A stretch of 64,000 nt of DNA from Patescibacteria group bacterium (lineage in GTDB: Bacteria > Patescibacteriota > Minisyncoccia > Phycocordibacterales > Phycocordibacteraceae), in assembly GCA_040384705.1 (NCBI GenBank), contig JAZKIU010000001.1:478053-542052 (forward strand), written 5' to 3'. The notes under the pieces are model-generated. The model did no database searches, was not told the origin of the DNA, and saw nothing but the letters and a program-made list of their open reading frames with translations. Of this stretch, positions 46,079-54,716 are shown in pieces. The translations under genes were made by a program, and so were the position numbers. Numbering within the stretch: the stretch's first letter is position 1; every line of letters starts with the position of its first letter.

Positions 46079-46149
46079 ATACGGCCTATATTTGCATATA
46101 TCAGCGAGTGTGTTAGAGTGCGAGCTCAAGTTCTTTTCAGTTAAATGTT

Positions 46150-46201
46150 GGTGTGCCGCACTTAAAAGCGCTTATTTCAGGGCTTTTAAGTGCGGTACAC
46201 C
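46150..46201 (+). other. 20-bp stem-loop (one G.U pair) immediately upstream of the first PEP-CTERM gene
   Basis: GGTGTGCCGCACTTAAAAGC - 12-nt loop - GCTTTTAAGTGCGGTACACC. Confidence 0.55.
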
Positions 46202-46243
46202 AGAATAGTTTTGGAGCCGCGCATTCTGAAGGGGCTTTCTTCA

Positions 46244-46915
46244 ATGAAGCTTTCGACTATTTTCGCGGCTACGGTCGCCGCTACCTGCCTGTTCGCCGGG
46301 TCCGCTAGCGCGGACGTGGTGACCTACAACACGGCGCCGACGGATCCCTATGACTACGGCTCCGGCAACAACTACGCGCCGTCGAACTCCGGAGTGCTCA
46401 GGACCACGGCCGGCGACGAGCTCGCCCTGCGCTTCCACGAGACCTTCCAGACGGCGCCGGCTTCGGTCGGGAAGAACTACTACTTCACCCTCGGCGCCGG
46501 CAAGCAGCTCAGCTTCGACTGGCTGATCGACACCACCGGCACCGGCGGGTTCGACGACGTGACGGCGGTTCTGACCCTCACCAACATCAACACCGGCGGC
46601 GTCTTCAGCTACAATCCGCTGGGGACGCCCGACAACCGGCCGGTCCAGTTCGACAGCCTGAGCAACAGCGCGCGGGTGAACTGGTTCGCCGTTCCGCTAC
46701 TGGGCTTCGATACGGCGATCGACGGCACCTACAACGCCAAGCTGGAGGTCAACGGTCTGATCGGCGGGCCGAAGTCGTTCGACATCAACGCGGTGTTCGG
46801 CGCCGGCTCCGCGGTCCCGGAACCCGCCACCTGGGCGATGATGATCATCGGCTTCGGCGGCGTGGGCTCCATGGTGCGCGCCAATCGGCGGCGCCAGGTC
46901 CTCGTCTTGGCGTAA
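46244..46915 (+). CDS. PEP-CTERM sorting-domain protein (PEPxxWA variant) with N-terminal signal peptide
   Basis: C-terminus VPEPATWAMMIIGFGGVGSMVRANRRRQ: PEP motif, transmembrane helix, then an Arg cluster. High GC3. Confidence 0.75.
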   Translation: MKLSTIFAATVAATCLFAGSASADVVTYNTAPTDPYDYGSGNNYAPSNSGVLRTTAGDELALRFHETFQTAPASVGKNYYFTLGAGKQLSFDWLIDTTGTGGFDDVTAVLTLTNINTGGVFSYNPLGTPDNRPVQFDSLSNSARVNWFAVPLLGFDTAIDGTYNAKLEVNGLIGGPKSFDINAVFGAGSAVPEPATWAMMIIGFGGVGSMVRANRRRQVLVLA

Positions 46916-47094
46916 GCCACGGCAACCAATCAAGCACCTTTCGCTTCGGCGATACATCGGCGGGTCCCACGGACCCGCCGATTCTTTTTATCCCACCACC
47001 GCCCAGCTATTGCCTCATTTGATTTAGAGTGGTAAAGTCACGCCAGTTCCATAACCAGTACATTCCGTAATCAGGCACTCGAAAGGAGCCCGAA

Positions 47095-47709
47095 ATGAAG
47101 CGTTTCTCTTGCGTTGCAGCCGCGATTGCGGCCCTCTGCCTCTCGGCCACCGCCGCCAACGCGGCTAACCGAGTCACCTTCGAAGGCATCATCGACCGTG
47201 GCGTCGACGCCGACGAGATCTTCGGTAAGGGTCTTGATCTGGATGGCCTTTCGTTCACGGCCAGCTACGTCTTCGACGCCGACCTCGGCGTTCGCGTGAC
47301 CGAGCCCGGGTCCGACACCCTCACGACCGGCGTGACCTCGCCGTTCACCACGGTCAGGTTCACCATCGGCGGAGTGACCCGCTATCTGGACATGATCGCC
47401 GGCGGCACGAGCATCACGGGCACGACGATTACGTTCAACGCCTTCCCGGATCCCGACGACGCCCTGACCATGCACATGACGTCGGCCGCGATTCCCCCAC
47501 TGCTCACCACGCCGTTCGGCCGCACGGCCGGCTCCGGCTCCGGCAACGTCGAGTTCCCCAACGGCTACGGGTACTTCAGCACCTACTACGTGACGAACGA
47601 GTCGCTCTCGGCCATCCCGGAACCCGCCACCTGGGCCATGATGATCGTCGGCTTCGGCCTGGCCGGCTCCGCGCTTCGGCGCAGCCGGAACATCCCGGTC
47701 GCCGCCTAA
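47095..47709 (+). CDS. PEP-CTERM sorting-domain protein (PEPxxWA variant), second copy
   Basis: C-terminus IPEPATWAMMIVGFGLAGSALRRSR. Signal peptide MKRFSCVAAAIAALCLSATAANA. Strong SD AAAGGAG. Confidence 0.75.
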   Translation: MKRFSCVAAAIAALCLSATAANAANRVTFEGIIDRGVDADEIFGKGLDLDGLSFTASYVFDADLGVRVTEPGSDTLTTGVTSPFTTVRFTIGGVTRYLDMIAGGTSITGTTITFNAFPDPDDALTMHMTSAAIPPLLTTPFGRTAGSGSGNVEFPNGYGYFSTYYVTNESLSAIPEPATWAMMIVGFGLAGSALRRSRNIPVAA

Positions 47710-47824
47710 GTCAGGCACGGGCAAATACTAGGGCCGCCACCTCCTTTCGGAGCTGGCGGCCTTTCTCATTACATACGAAAACAGCTCCGCATATAGCGGA
47801 GCTGTTTTCAGCTTACATTCCCTG

Positions 47825-50800
47825 CTATTGCGCTGCCGCCGTCGCGTTCAGGAGTCCTTGGGTCTTTGGACCCACTTCCCCTACTGCTTCAAGCGCGCTG
47901 GCTGCCTGGAACTTCATGACCGCTTCTTTCGTAGCTGGTCCGTAGTATCCGGTGATTTCCGGATAGGTGTAGTGCCCGAGCTTCCGGAGGAGCTCCTGGA
48001 GCGCTATCACTTCGGCGCCGGTCGCGCCCTGCATGAGCCGCTTCGTGAAGACATAGGCACGTACCGCCCCTGCGACCGAACCGCCGTTGCCCTGAGCGAA
48101 CGATCCTGCTGCGAGGCTCGCTACTTCGCCTGCCGAGAGCGCACGGTTGTAGATGCGGAAGTCGTCGATGAGGCCCTGGAAGGCATAGTCGGCACGGGAA
48201 GAATCGAATCCTATACCCATCTTGAGCAGCTTCTGGTTGAGCAACCCGAAGTTAGCCTTGGTTCCAGACCCTACCAGCACTCCGTCCACATAGAAGGCGG
48301 AGTTATCGCCATCGAGGGTGCCGGCGAGGTGATACCACCGGTTGAGCGCCATCGGAGCGGTCTTAGGGGCCCCCGCTCCGGCAGTGGTCGTTGCGTCGCT
48401 CCACACTACTCCAGGACCGCCGCCGTAGTTGCCCGCGGCGAAGTGCGCGCTGTAATCGACGGTGTTGCTCGAAGCGGTGCGGCCGTGCACGAATGCGTAG
48501 TTGAGGGAGCCTGAGAGGTCACGAGCGTTGACCCACATAGCGACCGTTGCGCGGTCCGTAATATTGAGGTCGGAGAGCGGGATGGTACCGATGACGGCAC
48601 CCTGTTTCCGCGTGTTCATCGAGAGCGCTTCTCCCGACTTTCCCGCCACGATGGTCGCACCGTTCGTGAGCGTCGCGATGTGGTTGTTACCGGAGATGTC
48701 GCGGACAACGCTGCTGAAGACGGTCGCATTGTCGAAGCTGAACCGTATGACCGGACCGACTGAATTTACTGCCGGTATCTTCGGCTTCGAAGAGGTCACG
48801 AGCACTTTCACCTGGCAGGTGTTGGTGCCGCCGGCTCCCGTCACCGTTGCGGTGTAGCCGGTGGAATCGAACGGCGTGACCGAGACCGTGCCGTTCACGG
48901 CGATGGAGCCGACCCCGTTATTGATGCTTGCTGATGTCGCGCCCGTGCTTGCAAGCGTAAGCGTCGCCGACGTATCGCGTTCGATGGATATCGCGCTGGT
49001 GCTGAGCGTACAGGTCGGCGGGTTGGTACCGGTCGCGCCTGCGGTCGGTGCCGAGCCCGTCGGGAACGAGCCCGCACCCTTCCCGTCGATTATGGATCCT
49101 GCCTTAGGACGGAGGTCGAAGGTGGCGGTCGTCTTGTCGAATACCCGGAACACGCTCGTCGGGTCGCTTATCGAGAAGTTGTTCTCGGAAAGCACGACTG
49201 GAATGGTCCGGATGGTGACCGCGATGTTGTTACGGAGGATGGTGTTCGTCGGCACGATGGTCGATGACTTCCCCTCGTCAACGGTTATCCAGCTGTTCGC
49301 GCCGTTGTTGGTGTAGTTCACGACGGTGTTGTTCGCGATGAGCGAATCGCGCGCAGCGGTCGTGATGCCGTGCCATACCGACGTGATGATGGTGTTGTTC
49401 GTTACCTTGAAGTTGGTGAGTGGTCCATCGAAGTGCCCGATGCCCTGCATGCCGCCGATGTATGCGCGGTTAGGGTTCGTGGTCTCCTGTATCCAGTTCT
49501 TATCCAGCACGATGTTGTCCTGCGCGAAGCCTTCGAGAGCGAACATCTGGATGCCGTCATCGTGGTTCGCGTCACCATCCTTGCTGCCCAGGTACTGGTC
49601 ATACATGAAGTTGCCGCGCATGGTGATGTCGGAACCGATAGGGCGCATGCCGTCGGCGGAGAAGTTACGTATCTCGTTCCCTTCCACCAGGATCTTCTGG
49701 CGGCTATCGGCGACGTTCGTAGCATCGCTGAGGAATGTCATGCCGGCGCGGATATTCGAGAGCTTGTTGCGGAGTACCGCCACGCACTTCGCGTTACGCG
49801 TCGAGATACCCGAGGACGCCGCGAGCCACTCAGTAGGGCCCCAACCTGATGTGTTGCGCGTGGTGTACATCTCGGAGTCGGCAAGGACCATTTGCCCGCC
49901 ATTGCCGAATGAGACGAATCGCACGCCCGTACCGGTGAATTCACCGTTCGTAATGAGCCAGCGGTTCATGTCCTTCAGGTCCATGCTCTTCATCACCGCG
50001 CCTTCCCTGAAGTCGATCCAGATCCACTGCGTCGTACCCACGAGGTATGAGGTGGTGTATCGGTTCACGACGAGAGAGCCGTGGTCGCCAGGAAGGAGCA
50101 CGACGCGGTCCCCTCCTTGGGTCTTCCTTCCGTTCACGAAGAGCTGCAATGTCTTGTACGGCTTCGCGAGCGAACCATCACCGGTCGTGTCGTTACCCAG
50201 CACCGGATCGATGTAGATGGTGCGGAGGTACGACGTCGCTGGCGCTTCGCAGCCTGGGTACACCTGGTAGGTACCGGGCGAGGTCGAAGGCGTCGGGGTC
50301 GGCTGGGTCACGCTTGTCACTCCGACCGACACTGATTTGCTGACCGTACCTCCCGCTCCGGTGCAAGCGAGGGTATAGGTCGAAGGGGCGGTTATGTTAG
50401 TGACGGCCTTCGAACCGCTCGTTGCGAGCGTGCCGGTCCAGTTGCCGCTTGCTATACAGCTTGTAGCGTTCACGGCGGCCCAGGTAAGGGTCGCGCTCCC
50501 GCCCGAGGTGACGGACGAAACGTTTGAAGTAAGCGTGAGCGTCGGTGCTGAGGCCGGGCTGACGACGGTCACGACGACTTCTTTCGCAACGCTTCCTCCT
50601 GCACCCGTACACGTGAGTGCATAGGTCGAAGGCACCGTTATGCCGGAGACCACCTTCGAGCCGCTTGCTGCGAGGGCACCGGTCCAGCTACCGGATGCGG
50701 TACAGCTCGTTGCATTCGTTGCGGCCCAGGTAAGGGTCGCGCTTCCGCCGGACACCACCGACGCGGCGCTCGAAGTGAGCGTAAGCGTTGGAACTGCTAC

Positions 50801-52006
50801 CGGCACCGGGCTGATGACGGTGACGGAGATGGACTTCGCCGCGGTACCGCCCGCTCCGCTACAGGTGAGGGTATAAGTAGTGTTGTTTAGTATCCCAAGG
50901 ATGCTCTTCGTGCCTGAAGTGGTCTGTGTTCCGCTCCATCCACCGCTCGCTATGCAGCTTGTGGCGTTGGTCGTTGCCCAGGTGAGGACCACTTTGCCGT
51001 CACGGGTGATCGTCGCGAGATCGCTCGAGAGCGTAACGGTCGGTGCAGGAGTCGGGACCGGGACAGGAGGAGTCACGGGATTCGAGACCGCGACCTTCAC
51101 GGACTTCGTTATGCTGCCGCCCTCGCCGGTGCAGGTGAGTATGAATGTCTGATCCAAGGAGAGGTTCGTGAAATCCTTCGTACCCTTCACTGCCTGGGTA
51201 CCGGTCCATGAGCCGCTTGCGGTACAGCTCGTTACGTTCGTACCCGACCATTGCAGTACCACCGTGCTGCCGGAGGTGACGTCAGTATCGTTCACCGAAA
51301 GCGTGAGGCGTGGTCGGTTCCGCATCTGCTTCTCTATGCGCTCGCGGATGCTGTTCACGTCTGAAGCAACGCTGCCGCCGGTAGTGCTGGTATTAGTGCC
51401 GGTGCTGCTTACGAGCGTAAGCGCCTTCTCCGCGAGATGCGTGACGGTGCGCGGCCCGACGTACCCGACAGGTTCGAGATTATTAGCTGCCTGGAACGCA
51501 GCGACCGCTGCCTTGGTGAGCGTTCCGAAATAACCGGTCGGTTCGACCGTGAGGTATCCCAATCGCTTCAGAATGTCCTGCACCGCGTGCACTGCGGCAC
51601 CGCTTGACCCTATCGCAAGCGGAGCAAGAGGGGTGGTGGCTGGAGCTGAATAGGCAGGAGTCGTCGCTGCAGCCGGTGCAGAAGACGTGTTTCCCCCGAG
51701 ACGTGCTACGAGCGCGAGGCGCGTGGAGCGATCGAAGGCGCCGCTCGCGTAGAGACCGCTCGCAGCCTGGAACTTCATGACTGCCTCCTTCGTAGCCGGG
51801 CCATACACGCCAGTCGGCGCTGCGTTCAGATAGCCGAACCGCGCAAGCGCTTGCTGGAGCTCGGTGACCTGGCTTCCCTGGCTGCCCTCGCCAAGAACGG
51901 CGGTGAGCTCGGCTGAAGAAGTTCGAGGGAGCACGAAGGCCGCTGCGGCCACGAACGTTATCATGAAGAAAACAAGAACGAGGGTGGCACGTAGTGAATG
52001 GGACAT
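47825..52006 (-). CDS. Giant secreted surface protein (1393 aa): three peptidoglycan-binding domains, four tandem Ig-like repeats, a right-handed beta-helix region, and a LamG/ConA-like lectin domain
   Basis: Peptidoglycan-binding (PG_binding_1-like) repeats (..GSQGSQVTELQQALARFGYL..YGPATKEAVMKFQAAS..) occur twice at the N-terminus and once at the C-terminus. TLTWAATNATSC.ASGSWTG....TCTGAGG occurs four times. NNTI/NNTV beta-helix rungs. LNRWYHLAGTLDG...GLIDDFRIYNRALSAGEV is LamG_3-like. Confidence 0.8.
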   Translation of the reverse strand: MSHSLRATLVLVFFMITFVAAAAFVLPRTSSAELTAVLGEGSQGSQVTELQQALARFGYLNAAPTGVYGPATKEAVMKFQAASGLYASGAFDRSTRLALVARLGGNTSSAPAAATTPAYSAPATTPLAPLAIGSSGAAVHAVQDILKRLGYLTVEPTGYFGTLTKAAVAAFQAANNLEPVGYVGPRTVTHLAEKALTLVSSTGTNTSTTGGSVASDVNSIRERIEKQMRNRPRLTLSVNDTDVTSGSTVVLQWSGTNVTSCTASGSWTGTQAVKGTKDFTNLSLDQTFILTCTGEGGSITKSVKVAVSNPVTPPVPVPTPAPTVTLSSDLATITRDGKVVLTWATTNATSCIASGGWSGTQTTSGTKSILGILNNTTYTLTCSGAGGTAAKSISVTVISPVPVAVPTLTLTSSAASVVSGGSATLTWAATNATSCTASGSWTGALAASGSKVVSGITVPSTYALTCTGAGGSVAKEVVVTVVSPASAPTLTLTSNVSSVTSGGSATLTWAAVNATSCIASGNWTGTLATSGSKAVTNITAPSTYTLACTGAGGTVSKSVSVGVTSVTQPTPTPSTSPGTYQVYPGCEAPATSYLRTIYIDPVLGNDTTGDGSLAKPYKTLQLFVNGRKTQGGDRVVLLPGDHGSLVVNRYTTSYLVGTTQWIWIDFREGAVMKSMDLKDMNRWLITNGEFTGTGVRFVSFGNGGQMVLADSEMYTTRNTSGWGPTEWLAASSGISTRNAKCVAVLRNKLSNIRAGMTFLSDATNVADSRQKILVEGNEIRNFSADGMRPIGSDITMRGNFMYDQYLGSKDGDANHDDGIQMFALEGFAQDNIVLDKNWIQETTNPNRAYIGGMQGIGHFDGPLTNFKVTNNTIITSVWHGITTAARDSLIANNTVVNYTNNGANSWITVDEGKSSTIVPTNTILRNNIAVTIRTIPVVLSENNFSISDPTSVFRVFDKTTATFDLRPKAGSIIDGKGAGSFPTGSAPTAGATGTNPPTCTLSTSAISIERDTSATLTLASTGATSASINNGVGSIAVNGTVSVTPFDSTGYTATVTGAGGTNTCQVKVLVTSSKPKIPAVNSVGPVIRFSFDNATVFSSVVRDISGNNHIATLTNGATIVAGKSGEALSMNTRKQGAVIGTIPLSDLNITDRATVAMWVNARDLSGSLNYAFVHGRTASSNTVDYSAHFAAGNYGGGPGVVWSDATTTAGAGAPKTAPMALNRWYHLAGTLDGDNSAFYVDGVLVGSGTKANFGLLNQKLLKMGIGFDSSRADYAFQGLIDDFRIYNRALSAGEVASLAAGSFAQGNGGSVAGAVRAYVFTKRLMQGATGAEVIALQELLRKLGHYTYPEITGYYGPATKEAVMKFQAASALEAVGEVGPKTQGLLNATAAAQ
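50370..51335 (-). repeat. Four tandem in-frame repeats of about 285 bp (each about 95 aa) encoding Ig-like domains inside the giant gene
   Basis: Near-identical peptide blocks. Shadow ORFs 50394..50624, 50640..50876 and 50880..51152 are visibly similar to each other. Confidence 0.7.
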
Positions 52007-52315
52007 GGAATAGGTGTTACCTCCCCATCATAGCAAGCAGGAGCAGGAAAATAGGGTTACCCACATCTTCATGAAGGAGCTCGGGTGGCCTACCTGTGGG
52101 CTATACTGGACGTATGAAAACCATACTCTCTATCCTCATAGCCCTAGGGCTCGCCTACCTCCTGTTCGTCGCCGCTAATACCTATATCTATACGCAGGAG
52201 CAGGACGAAGCGACGCAGAAGGCGGGCGTTTCCATCCAGTGGGGCTTCTAGTTCACCTGGGGTTCACGGCGCACCCGGTATAGTCGTGGCTTAGGAGCCA
52301 TAAGACCACACGAGT

Positions 52316-52507
52316 ATGCCCGACAACAGCACCATTACCGGGCAGCGGAAACGGGGATTCGCTGCCATGGACGAGGAGACGCAGCGCGAGATAGCGCGCA
52401 AGGGCGGAAGGGCCGCGCACGCGAAAGGTACGGCCCACCAGTTCAACTCCGACGAAGCGCGTGCGGCCGGCCGCAAAGGCGGCCAAGCGAGCCGACAGAC
52501 GAGCTAG
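52316..52507 (+). CDS. KGG-repeat general stress protein (YciG/Con-6-like)
   Basis: KRGFAAMDEETQREIARKGGRAAH..GTAHQFNSDEARAAGRKGGQA. Confidence 0.7.
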   Translation: MPDNSTITGQRKRGFAAMDEETQREIARKGGRAAHAKGTAHQFNSDEARAAGRKGGQASRQTS

Positions 52508-52554
52508 TCTTCGTTCCCCCAAACGCAGAGCGCCGCGCAATTGCGCGGCGTCGC

Positions 52555-52968
52555 CTATTTCTTTCCTGCGTGCTTCTCGCACCTGCACCCGAACGGCTTG
52601 ATGTGCTCATCGAAGTATTCCTTCCCGTAATCATAGGTGAGCTCCTCGCCTGGCTTGATGTTCCGCGTCGCGAGTATGAATACGCGCCCCTTGTGTATCT
52701 CGCTCTCCGCATTCCATCTGCAGGAGTGATTGATATATCCCGCCTTGTTCCACTTCGGTTTCCCGTCGAGCGTCTTGTTCTTGTTCACCTGGAAAAGGTA
52801 CTTGCTCTTGCTTGTGTCCTCTTCCTCCTTCGATATCACGCGGCCGACGTACTCGATGATGCACGCGCCCTTGGGTATCGCGGATTCCGTAAAGAGTCCG
52901 AGCCCGGCGCTTGAGCGGCGGACTCGGAGATCGAATGCTCCCGGTTCGAACTTGCTTGTCTTTGGCAT
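52555..52968 (-). CDS. SET-domain protein (putative protein-lysine methyltransferase)
   Basis: GLGLFTESAIPKGACIIEYVGRVI..., NHSCRWNAE, ELTYDYG and a C-terminal CRCEKH. Confidence 0.75.
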   Translation of the reverse strand: MPKTSKFEPGAFDLRVRRSSAGLGLFTESAIPKGACIIEYVGRVISKEEEDTSKSKYLFQVNKNKTLDGKPKWNKAGYINHSCRWNAESEIHKGRVFILATRNIKPGEELTYDYGKEYFDEHIKPFGCRCEKHAGKK

Positions 52969-53083
52969 AGTTTCCCTATCCTAGCGCAAACCCGCGCGCT
53001 CCACAAAAGAATAGAAGCCCGGCATGATTAGCCGGGCCTCGATGTCGCACGAATGAGCAGTTCAAATGAGAGGATGGTGCGGG

Positions 53084-53368
53084 TCAGGCCGCGTCGAGGA
53101 GCGCTTCTTGCGCATCCGCCCCGTTCTGGGGCTTCGACAGGCCGTCGTAGAAGTAGGTGATCGGAACCTCGAGTGCGTCAGCGAGGAGCCATAGCATGGC
53201 CGCTGTTATGCGATTGGCGCCGCACTCGTATTTCTGGACCTGCTGGAACGTGACGCCAGCCAGTTCGCCGACCCGCCTTTGCGTGAGGCATAATTCCTTC
53301 CTTCGGAAATAGAGCCGTTTCGCCAACTGCAGGTCGATGGATTGAGTAACGTGTGTTTTCCCGCCCAT
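53084..53368 (-). CDS. XRE-family helix-turn-helix transcriptional regulator
   Basis: LTQRRVGELAGVTFQQVQKYECGANRITAAML.. HTH_3 pattern. Divergent from the VanY-like gene. Confidence 0.7.
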   Translation of the reverse strand: MGGKTHVTQSIDLQLAKRLYFRRKELCLTQRRVGELAGVTFQQVQKYECGANRITAAMLWLLADALEVPITYFYDGLSKPQNGADAQEALLDAA

Positions 53369-53460
53369 GGATATCTCCCGTTTTGATCCAATATGCACTC
53401 TAACATGATTAGGTGAAATGTAAATGAATGGTGGTTACACGCTATGGTACACTCGCCTCC

Positions 53461-54342
53461 ATGCAGAATCATCAGCTCCAGCTCATCATCGCAAGCGTCG
53501 CGTGCCTCATACTCCTTGGCGCGCTCTTCTTCGGGGTGTACCAGTATATGGAGCTCGATACCGAGGCGAATGCGCTCGCGAAAGCGAAAGTGGAGAGCGA
53601 TGCATATATCGAGGAGCTGACGGACAAGGTAGCGATGCTTGGTGCGGAGAACGCGCAGCTTGTGAGTGCGCTTCGATACGAGCAAGCGAAGGCCGGCGGG
53701 TTTGAGCGCCAGATACAGGACATCTCCGGGACCGTGGGCACGCTTGCGAAGCTCGCGGCGACGGACCCTGAGCTGCTCGCGAAGTATTCGAAGATCTATT
53801 TCCTCAACGAGAACTACGTGCCGTCAGCGCTCGGGACTATAGATAAGGAGGACCTGAGCGATCCCGCGAAGACCCTTGAGTTCCATGCGGAGGCGCTTCC
53901 CCACCTTGAAGACCTCCTGGAGGAGGCTAGCGAGGACAAGATAGAAATACGCGTCGTGTCCGCATTCCGCTCGTTCGGCACGCAAGCCGCGCTCAAGGGG
54001 AATTACCTCGTGACCTATGGCGCGGGCGCGAACCGCTTCTCCGCCGACCAGGGCTATTCCGAGCACCAGCTCGGCACTACGGTCGACTTAACTACGCCTG
54101 CGCTCGGGAGCGTATTCACGAGCTTCGCCGCGACCGATGCGTACGGTTGGCTCACGGAGAACGCCCACCGCTACGGCTTCATCCTCTCGTACCCTGCAGG
54201 CAACGTGCATTACCAGTACGAACCCTGGCACTGGCGGTATGTGGGCATCGAGCTCGCGACCAAGCTCCATAAGGAGGGCAAGAATTTCTATGACCTCGAT
54301 CAGAGGGAGATAGACACCTATCTCGTTTCCCTATTCGATTGA
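53461..54342 (+). CDS. D-alanyl-D-alanine carboxypeptidase, VanY / peptidase M15B family (N-terminal transmembrane anchor)
   Basis: SAFRSFGTQAAL, SEHQLGTTVDL, YGFILSYP..EPWHWRYVG. Confidence 0.8.
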   Translation: MQNHQLQLIIASVACLILLGALFFGVYQYMELDTEANALAKAKVESDAYIEELTDKVAMLGAENAQLVSALRYEQAKAGGFERQIQDISGTVGTLAKLAATDPELLAKYSKIYFLNENYVPSALGTIDKEDLSDPAKTLEFHAEALPHLEDLLEEASEDKIEIRVVSAFRSFGTQAALKGNYLVTYGAGANRFSADQGYSEHQLGTTVDLTTPALGSVFTSFAATDAYGWLTENAHRYGFILSYPAGNVHYQYEPWHWRYVGIELATKLHKEGKNFYDLDQREIDTYLVSLFD

Positions 54343-54354
54343 TATACTAGTCGT

Positions 54355-54666
54355 ATGGCAGAGATGTACGATTTCAGAAAGGAGCGCGCCATGCGCCAAC
54401 CCGTAGCGGAGACCACGAAAGAAGACGTGGCGCTCGACATCAACCACCGTCAGACCATGCTGGCAGAGCTCCGTCGCCTTCACGAGGAGCATCCTACCCA
54501 ATGGAGCGAACGGGCCTTGGCACGAGCGGAGGAAATCACCGAGAAGTACACGGAAACGGAGATGGTGCAGCTCATCAATGACAGCACGCCGCAGCAATGG
54601 AACGACAATCCCGTCTTCTACGATACGCTGGTACGGAAACTATCGACTCCCCTGCCTCCGCGCTGA
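54355..54666 (+). CDS. Hypothetical protein (103 aa)
   Basis: Helical composition; no recognisable domain. Confidence 0.35.
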   Translation: MAEMYDFRKERAMRQPVAETTKEDVALDINHRQTMLAELRRLHEEHPTQWSERALARAEEITEKYTETEMVQLINDSTPQQWNDNPVFYDTLVRKLSTPLPPR

Positions 54667-54716
54667 GTTCTAGGGATCCAGGTTGAGGAAACGGCCGCAT
54701 GCATGCGGCCGTTCTT

